Shown here in pieces: positions 53,273-58,905 of a stretch of DNA of 58,905 bases. This DNA is from an uncultured Candidatus Saccharibacteria bacterium. GTDB taxonomy: Bacteria > Patescibacteriota > Minisyncoccia > Phycocordibacterales > DATDWN01. The notes under the pieces were generated by a model. It worked only from the letters and a program-made list of their open reading frames with translations, ran no database searches and was not told the origin of the DNA. Each line of letters starts with the position of its first letter. The first letter of the stretch is position 1. A program made the translations under genes and the position numbers. The stretch lies in the NCBI GenBank assembly GCA_964452635.1, contig CAYVMP010000002.1:1-58905 (forward strand). The letters run 5' to 3'.

Positions 53273-53878
53273 ATGAACCATCCAAAGAATGAACGAACAT
53301 TGGTGATTATTAAACCTGATGGGGTACAGAGAACACTCATCGGAGAAATTATTAAACGCTACGAGCGTATGGGTTTGAAACTTGTTGGTATTAAAATGGT
53401 AGTGCCAACACAGGAATACATCGAGAAACACTACACTCTTGATCCAGAGTGGCGTCGGGTAACGGGTGAGAAAACAATCAAAGGGTATCTCGACAAAGGA
53501 TTAACTCCACCCACAACCGATCCACTTGAAGTGACAAACCGTCTGCTCTCTCGACTGTCTGCGTATATGACATCTGGTCCAGTAATTGCGATGGTGTGGG
53601 AGGGTGCACATGCGGTGGCTATTGTTCGGAAAATAACAGGAGGTACAGAACCACTGACGTCGGACATCGGAACAATTCGTGGAGATTTCGTCCTTGACTC
53701 GTACCAGATGTCAGATGCGGATGGTCGTTCTGTTCGTAACCTCGTGCACGCATCCGGCTCTGTGAGTGAAGCAGAAAATGAAATCAAACACTGGTTTGCA
53801 GATGGTGAACTCATTGACTACCGTCTCGTTCAGGAACAAATCATATACGATGTAAACATTGATGGAGTTTTTGAATAA
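53273..53878 (+). CDS. ndk: Nucleoside diphosphate kinase with an internal insertion (201 aa)
   Basis: Start at the ATG at 53273. ERTLVIIKPDGVQR, GTIRGDF, NLVHASGS motifs. Confidence 0.88.
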   Translation: MNHPKNERTLVIIKPDGVQRTLIGEIIKRYERMGLKLVGIKMVVPTQEYIEKHYTLDPEWRRVTGEKTIKGYLDKGLTPPTTDPLEVTNRLLSRLSAYMTSGPVIAMVWEGAHAVAIVRKITGGTEPLTSDIGTIRGDFVLDSYQMSDADGRSVRNLVHASGSVSEAENEIKHWFADGELIDYRLVQEQIIYDVNIDGVFE

Positions 53879-54182
53879 TATCGGAATACAAGAAATAAAT
53901 TTTGTATATTGTAGTACCTCGGACATCGGAGTATACTAAGAGAAGGATAGTGTGTATATTTTCTTTCTAACCATCTATCAGGGAGTTCAATATTTATGTC
54001 GCATGATGAGTGTAAGCTTGCTTGCGTTCAGAGCGTGACATGTGAGGACACCCACCTTAGTTTTTACTAGGGGAATATGCCACTATCCTATATGAATCAC
54101 TCATACATCCGTATGGGTGTTTTATGTTTCCGCAGACTCTTAGGCTTTCGCTTTTTGGTACATTACACGGTATGATTAATAT

Positions 54183-54596
54183 ATGACACGTCCACATTTA
54201 TTTAAACACGCATTCATCACACTCATACTCGTTGGTGTTTTGAATTTCATCGCAACTCGACTGTATTTGTACTGGACTACTCAATACTTTGATAGTCTCG
54301 TACACTTTACTGCGGGTATATCAGTTGGATTTGCGACACTTTGGATTGTGTCACGGAGTCAGCCATCATGGACGACCATCGAGATATTCCGAGTGGCATT
54401 TTTCGGTACACTAGCCATCGGTCTTCTGTGGGAGGCATACGAACTCATGTTTGGCATCACATCAATCCTCGACGGTGTTCACTATGTCACCGATACACTA
54501 TTTGATTTGGTGATGGATGTGCTTGGGTCAGTTGTGGCGGCATTCTATTCGATGGGACTTGCAACCACGACACCTTCAACAGAACAAATTAAATAG
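54183..54596 (+). CDS. Four-TM membrane protein, hypothetical (137 aa)
   Basis: Four hydrophobic helices. No motif recognised. Confidence 0.6.
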   Translation: MTRPHLFKHAFITLILVGVLNFIATRLYLYWTTQYFDSLVHFTAGISVGFATLWIVSRSQPSWTTIEIFRVAFFGTLAIGLLWEAYELMFGITSILDGVHYVTDTLFDLVMDVLGSVVAAFYSMGLATTTPSTEQIK

Positions 54597-54720
54597 AAAA
54601 CTCGTCGAGCCAATACATTTCTGGCACATCGCGGAACGAGTGAATACACGTGAGCGTGAAGTAAGTGTTCACTTCGTTCCCTTATCCGGTGACAGAAAGG
54701 TATTGGAGAGAAAGAGTTTT
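54597..54720 (+). repeat. Foldback repeat copy F (variant ends TTTCTGGCAC/GTGACAGAAA)
   Basis: Outer stem AAAACTC/GAGTTTT with GTCGAG...GAGAGAAA halves. Arms CCAATACATTTCTGGCAC / GTGACAGAAAGGTATTGG. Inner hairpin GGAACGAGTGAA...TTCACTTCGTTCC. Confidence 0.7.
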
Positions 54721-54740
54721 CTATTTAATTCAATTATATC

Positions 54741-56111
54741 ATGCATAAACTACAAATTACATTTTGGGGAGGAGTTGGAACAGTGACGGGAGCAAATTTC
54801 CTGCTCGAAAGTTTGAATACTCGAATTCTTGTGGATTGCGGACTGCTTCAGGGTGTCAGTGGGGCAACAGAGGAGAATCTTAAGCCATTTCCATACGATC
54901 CAAAAACTATTGATTTCCTCTGTATCACACATGCACACATGGATCATATTGGACGAATTCCAAAACTTGTTCGTGATGGATTTCGAGGAACTATTTATTC
55001 AACCGGCGAAACTCGTGAGATTGCATACCTCATGCTTCTCGACGCAGTAAAGGTGATGAAGATGAATGCGCAGGAACATCAGGATACAAGTAGGGAATCA
55101 ATGTATGAAATAGCAGATTTGGAGCAAGCATTTAACCAATGGAAAGTCATTCCGTATCACACCGAGACATCGATTGGTTCAGATTTTACGGTGTACCTAA
55201 AAGACGCTGGGCACATCCTTGGCTCATCGATGTATGAGTTTCGATATGAAGGAAAGAAAATACTTTTTACAGGGGATTCTGGGAATTCACCGACCCCATT
55301 ACTCAAAGATACGGAGTCTATTGAAGGAGCGGATTACTTGATTATGGATAGTGTGTACGGTGATAGAAATCATGAGCCAAAGGATGAACGCGATGAGAAG
55401 TTTAGACGTATTGTAACAGAAACCATACAGGCAGGTGGGGCGCTCGTGATACCTGCTTTTTCTCTTGAACGTACACAGGTGATCCTCTATGAGCTTAATA
55501 ATTTGGTAGAGGAAGGAAAAATTCCGTCTGTGCCAGTGTTTCTTGACTCTCCGCTTGGTAGCAAGGTAACTGCAATCTACAAGCGAAGTTGGCGAGATTT
55601 TAATATGGGAGTGCAAGGCGAGATTAAAAAAGGCGATGATATTTTTAATTTCCCGAAACTTCGAATCACTCAGAATTCTCTTGAATCACGAGAGATCGAG
55701 AGTGTTTCCAATCCAAAAATTATTATTGCAGGATCGGGCATGTCTTCCGGTGGGCGAGTGCTTGGGCACGAGATTAATTTCCTGCCAGATCCGAAGAGCA
55801 CACTCCTTCTCATGGGGTATCAGGCCATAGGGACGCTTGGTCGTGAGATTCAGGATAAACCACGAGAGGTAGTGATTAATGATACGACCGTATCTGTACA
55901 AGCACGAATTGAAATGATATCGGGATACTCGTCCCATAAGGACTCGGATCATCTTCTCGAAATGGCAGAACAGGCAAAGGCAACACTCAAAAAGGTCTTT
56001 GTGGTGATGGGTGAGCCAAAGGCATCAGCTTTTCTTGTTCAGCGACTTCGAGACTATATTGATGTCGATGCTGTATACCCAGAGAGAGGGAAGGCGTATC
56101 CGCTTGAGTAA
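54741..56111 (+). CDS. Beta-CASP family MBL-fold ribonuclease (CPSF/RNase J-like)
   Basis: ITHAHMDHIGRIP (HxHxDH), beta-CASP region, C-terminal SGYSSHKD motif. Confidence 0.85.
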   Translation: MHKLQITFWGGVGTVTGANFLLESLNTRILVDCGLLQGVSGATEENLKPFPYDPKTIDFLCITHAHMDHIGRIPKLVRDGFRGTIYSTGETREIAYLMLLDAVKVMKMNAQEHQDTSRESMYEIADLEQAFNQWKVIPYHTETSIGSDFTVYLKDAGHILGSSMYEFRYEGKKILFTGDSGNSPTPLLKDTESIEGADYLIMDSVYGDRNHEPKDERDEKFRRIVTETIQAGGALVIPAFSLERTQVILYELNNLVEEGKIPSVPVFLDSPLGSKVTAIYKRSWRDFNMGVQGEIKKGDDIFNFPKLRITQNSLESREIESVSNPKIIIAGSGMSSGGRVLGHEINFLPDPKSTLLLMGYQAIGTLGREIQDKPREVVINDTTVSVQARIEMISGYSSHKDSDHLLEMAEQAKATLKKVFVVMGEPKASAFLVQRLRDYIDVDAVYPERGKAYPLE

Positions 56112-56116
56112 CAATA

Positions 56117-56150
56117 AGAAAAAACACCACTTGATTGTGGTGTTTTTTCT
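56117..56150. terminator. Bidirectional terminator between convergent genes
   Basis: AGAAAAAACACCAC-TTGATT-GTGGTGTTTTTTCT. Confidence 0.75.
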
Positions 56151-56506
56151 TATTGTGCGAGTGCAACTATTTTCTTGAATGTGTCTGGATTTTCGGATGA
56201 GAGTGTCGCGAGGATTTTGCGGTCGATGAGGACGTTTTTCTTTTTCAATCCACCCATAACTTTACTGTATGAAAGTTTAGTCTCACCACTCATTGCTTTG
56301 AGAGCGTATGAAATGTTTACATTCCACATGTTTCGAGCATCACCCTTTTTGTCTCGTCGGTGAGCAAATGCGTATGCACCAGCATGGAAGATTGCCTCAG
56401 TCGCTTGTCGCTCCTTAGTACTTCGTCCATATCGGTATCCCTTTACTTTTCGGAGGATATTTTTTCTTGATTTGAGCGCATTAACGCCTTTTTTTACTCG
56501 TGTCAT
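56150..56506 (-). CDS. rplT: 50S ribosomal protein L20
   Basis: MTRVKKGVNALKSRKNILRKVKGYRYGRS start. Confidence 0.96.
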   Translation of the reverse strand: MTRVKKGVNALKSRKNILRKVKGYRYGRSTKERQATEAIFHAGAYAFAHRRDKKGDARNMWNVNISYALKAMSGETKLSYSKVMGGLKKKNVLIDRKILATLSSENPDTFKKIVALAQ

Positions 56507-56523
56507 GGTGGTGTGTTAAATGA

Positions 56524-56712
56524 TTATTTTGATATAAAGTGAGCGATGTCTTTATTGCTCATAGGGAAGTTTACACCCCGATTTTTCTTTTGGTTTGCTC
56601 GGCCTGATTCCTTGGCATTAAAATGGTTTTGACCAGTTGCTCGTGCCAAAATCTTGCCATTTTTAGTGACTTTAAGACGTTTTGAAAATGATTTGTTTGT
56701 TTTTGTAGACAT
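56524..56712 (-). CDS. rpmI: 50S ribosomal protein L35
   Basis: 62 aa, basic, lies between infC and rplT. Confidence 0.9.
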   Translation of the reverse strand: MSTKTNKSFSKRLKVTKNGKILARATGQNHFNAKESGRANQKKNRGVNFPMSNKDIAHFISK

Positions 56713-56717
56713 GATAG

Positions 56718-57227
56718 TTATGCTTTTTCGATGATGATTGAGAGTCCTTTGAGGCTTTTTTTGGCTTCTTCGGCTATTTTGTATTCTGCTGTAATGAGTT
56801 TGAGTACTCGGTCCATTCTCTCCCGAAGGAATTTAACGTCCATGTACTTGGTTCTGCCGGGGAGGAATAGGTCAATTTTGATTCTATTGCCTTCACTGAG
56901 CCATTCTGAGGCTTTTTTGGCCTTAAGCTCGAGGTCGTGGTCGCCCGTGCCCACCTTTACTTGAATGTTCTTTACTTCTACTGTGTGAGCCTTTGCCTTA
57001 GCCACCTTTTGCTTTTTGTTTTCAGCATACTGAAATTTACCATAATCCATGATTTTTGCAACTGGTGGATTGGCTTTCGGTGAAATCTCGATGAGATCCT
57101 GTCCAAGTTCTCGAGCCTTGTCGAGCGCATCTTTGAATGAGAGGACTCCGAGGTTATCACCGTCTTCGAGGATTACTCGTAGTTCAGGTGCCTGTATTTG
57201 GTTGTTTATTTTAACGTGTGTACTCAA
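56718..57227 (-). CDS. infC: Translation initiation factor IF-3 (apparent TTG start)
   Basis: INNQIQAPELRVI, PPVAKIMDYGKFQY motifs. The only in-frame start near the N terminus is TTG at 57227. Confidence 0.92.
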   Translation of the reverse strand: MSTHVKINNQIQAPELRVILEDGDNLGVLSFKDALDKARELGQDLIEISPKANPPVAKIMDYGKFQYAENKKQKVAKAKAHTVEVKNIQVKVGTGDHDLELKAKKASEWLSEGNRIKIDLFLPGRTKYMDVKFLRERMDRVLKLITAEYKIAEEAKKSLKGLSIIIEKA

Positions 57228-57293
57228 ATGGAAATAAATAAATTAATAAAATGTGAATATGAGGCATGTTTATAGATGTAAACAAGCTCACAA

Positions 57294-57322
57294 AATATAT
57301 CATTGTTTCGATTGAAAGGCAA
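57294..57322 (-). promoter_or_regulatory. Putative infC-rpmI-rplT promoter
   Basis: Minus strand reads TTGCCT, 17-nt spacer, TATATT. Confidence 0.4.
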
Positions 57323-57334
57323 TTGTTTGAGGCA

Positions 57335-57979
57335 CTAGTTGACCGAGAGTGATTCTAAGATATCTTTCAGTATTTCACTTTCCTTTTCTTTTGAAATTAC
57401 TCCCGGAACTTTGAGAGCTTCAACACCTTGGTCAACGTCAATCGCTCCAGAGAAAATAGTAATAAATTGTTGCTTCACTACGAGAGTCTTTTTATTTGTA
57501 ATAGGGAAGTAGTATGTTGTTTGTCCGCACCCTTCTGCGCCCTCAAATATTTTGAAACCAGAGAGTGTTCCGACAGTAATAGTGTCAATAAATCCGGGGG
57601 AAGGAACAACCTCACTATTAACGAAGTTTTCTTGGGGAATGTATGGACTTTCTGTTTTCATGACAGTAACGTAGTTTTCATTTCGTGTGTACATGTTTAG
57701 ATTGAAATCTGTCAGTGTCGGTATTGTTGTGGTTGATTCACCTTTGAAATCACAGTAGTCGTGGTGAACAAAGGGTATTTCGTGGTGTACGGTGGTTTGG
57801 TCATCTTTTTGGGTAACAGTGAGAATCTGTGGATAGGTGAATGATATGCCACTTGTTCGGTTCGTACTTACTTTGGTTGTTGGGGGTTTTTGCTCAGTAG
57901 GTTTTTTAGTTTTCCCCCAATAGATAAAGCCTCCTAAGAGCACAACACATATGGTGATGAAAATGAATAATTTTTTCAT
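57335..57979 (-). CDS. N-terminally anchored hypothetical protein (214 aa)
   Basis: TM segment LFIFITICVVLLGGFIYW. ATGA overlap with the upstream gene. Confidence 0.6.
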   Translation of the reverse strand: MKKLFIFITICVVLLGGFIYWGKTKKPTEQKPPTTKVSTNRTSGISFTYPQILTVTQKDDQTTVHHEIPFVHHDYCDFKGESTTTIPTLTDFNLNMYTRNENYVTVMKTESPYIPQENFVNSEVVPSPGFIDTITVGTLSGFKIFEGAEGCGQTTYYFPITNKKTLVVKQQFITIFSGAIDVDQGVEALKVPGVISKEKESEILKDILESLSVN

Positions 57980-58527
57980 TGGGATTGTTTATTTCGAAAT
58001 ATGAATTCTCCAGTGATAATAGTAATGAGCACGATGATTCCAAACGGCACGATGAACAGAAGTGGATTATCGATGACAGGTATGTTTGTTTTAACTTTTG
58101 TGTTAAGAAATCCAATAATAATTGCCCCCCACCATCCAATCTGTGAGAGTGTTGATGCGATTGTGATTCGAAATTTAAGAATTGACGGGATTGATATTGT
58201 GTCTGGTGATGTAGGGAAGGATTGTTTTGTGATATGCAGGTAGAGACCGTTGAGTCCAAGGAGTGCGACGAAGAAAAGTTTGATTGCTGTGAGACCACTG
58301 ACACTGCCTTTCATGATGAGGAGTGCCGATCCAGATAGTACCAACCCAGACCACCCAATCCAAATGAGTGGTTGGGTTACCTCTGCAACTGATTGGACGA
58401 AGGACAGGGATCTTTTTTTGAGAATCCAGAGTAGCCCCGATGTGTCGATGACAAGTACAGCACCAAATCCAATAATCAGTGAGATGAGATGAATAAAGGT
58501 GAGTACGTGGTATGGCGAAATAGTCAT
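57976..58527 (-). CDS. Polytopic membrane protein, hypothetical (183 aa)
   Basis: About 5-6 hydrophobic helices. No motif recognised. Confidence 0.6.
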   Translation of the reverse strand: MTISPYHVLTFIHLISLIIGFGAVLVIDTSGLLWILKKRSLSFVQSVAEVTQPLIWIGWSGLVLSGSALLIMKGSVSGLTAIKLFFVALLGLNGLYLHITKQSFPTSPDTISIPSILKFRITIASTLSQIGWWGAIIIGFLNTKVKTNIPVIDNPLLFIVPFGIIVLITIITGEFIFRNKQSQ

Positions 58528-58652
58528 ATGGAAATTATAGCAGATTTTTTGATGGGTAGGGGGAATTTTGAAAAATAAAATCTGCCACCTACGGATTTAA
58601 TCCCGTGGGGCAGATGAGGGTTAGGTTTGTTTTTTCTACCTGTTGGCGATAT

Positions 58653-58901
58653 TTACCCATTTTCTTCTTGACGTTGGTATTCCACACCCACTTCTGCGTT
58701 TTCATGGAAAAATACCACATCTCCCACCTCAGTACTTTTAATACCAGGTAAATTCATTGGATATCCATAGGTAGCGACAGCATTTCTTTTTTTTGTCGAC
58801 CTGTTGCCACTGACTACTACAATCTCTTTTATTTTCATATAAACGAATCTTCCATGTCTGAAAACATCACCTATTTTAAGGTTTTTGAAAATTTCTATCA
58901 T
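58653..58901 (-). CDS. Hypothetical small protein (82 aa)
   Basis: Clean ORF at the window edge. No motif recognised. Confidence 0.4.
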   Translation of the reverse strand: MIEIFKNLKIGDVFRHGRFVYMKIKEIVVVSGNRSTKKRNAVATYGYPMNLPGIKSTEVGDVVFFHENAEVGVEYQRQEENG

Positions 58902-58905
58902 TGTG

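Noticed and set aside
53996-54070. 24-aa Cys-rich ORF (MSHDECKLACVQSVTCEDTHLSFY) in the ndk downstream spacer
   Set aside because: It is very short, its GGGAG is poorly spaced (about 12 nt), and it has no supporting context.
10435-54720. CRISPR array interpretation of the recurring repeats
   Set aside because: The copies are 120-200 nt long, internally palindromic, tens of kb apart and in separate intergenic regions. There is no regular repeat-spacer periodicity and there are no cas genes.
1-58905. Alternative genetic code (UGA recoding, as in some CPR lineages)
   Set aside because: All conserved genes give full-length products with standard stops, and no in-frame TGA interruptions were needed.

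Overview
This is a gene-dense, fairly AT-rich bacterial chromosome segment that reads cleanly with the standard genetic code. I found no rRNA, CRISPR array, transposase, integrase, phage gene or recognisable defence gene.

**Content**
- The backbone is housekeeping. It carries an rpsL-rpsG-fusA-tuf-S10-spc ribosomal protein superoperon (30.6-53 kb), then secY-adk-map and infC-rpmI-rplT.
- Other housekeeping genes are rny, clpP, tig, nusA, ppa, tpiA-pgk, recJ, rnhA and hup.
- There is also a type IV pilus block (pilB, pilC, three pilin or PilX-like genes) and a split ComEC.
- The window has no L30 gene. It has streamlined proteins, many N-terminally anchored orphan proteins and a pilus plus ComEC set. 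Together these suggest a Patescibacteria/CPR-type genome. That is an inference, not a verified placement.

**Main unexplained signals (all non-coding)**
- Six copies of a foldback (long-hairpin) repeat family lie at about 10.4, 28.5, 31.9, 50.1, 51.5 and 54.6 kb.
  - Two copies share a 131-nt core that is 129/131 identical, yet their arms are unrelated to each other and self-complementary within each copy.
  - An internal hairpin module shows fully compensated base changes between copies.
  - Arm mismatches are T-G on the plus strand.
  - Three or four copies sit inside the loop of a small conserved 5'-leader hairpin. An apparently unoccupied version of that hairpin lies upstream of clpP at 7244-7266.
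- A second foldback family has a conserved apical sequence of about 25 nt. It lies upstream of rpsJ and between rplN and rplX.
- The ribosomal superoperon is broken by four insertions, each carrying its own promoter-like sequence, terminator or both:
  - an antisense small gene between rpsG and fusA;
  - a 3.1-kb insert between fusA and tuf, encoding an 832-aa glycine-zipper/coiled-coil orphan plus a 98-aa protein;
  - a GC-rich, highly structured sRNA-like or small-toxin-like unit plus a small membrane protein between rplB and rpsS;
  - two tandem paralogous promoter-RBS-ORF-terminator cassettes between rplE and rpsZ.

**Limits**
Functional calls rest on motif recognition by eye. All RNA structure claims come from manual base pairing.
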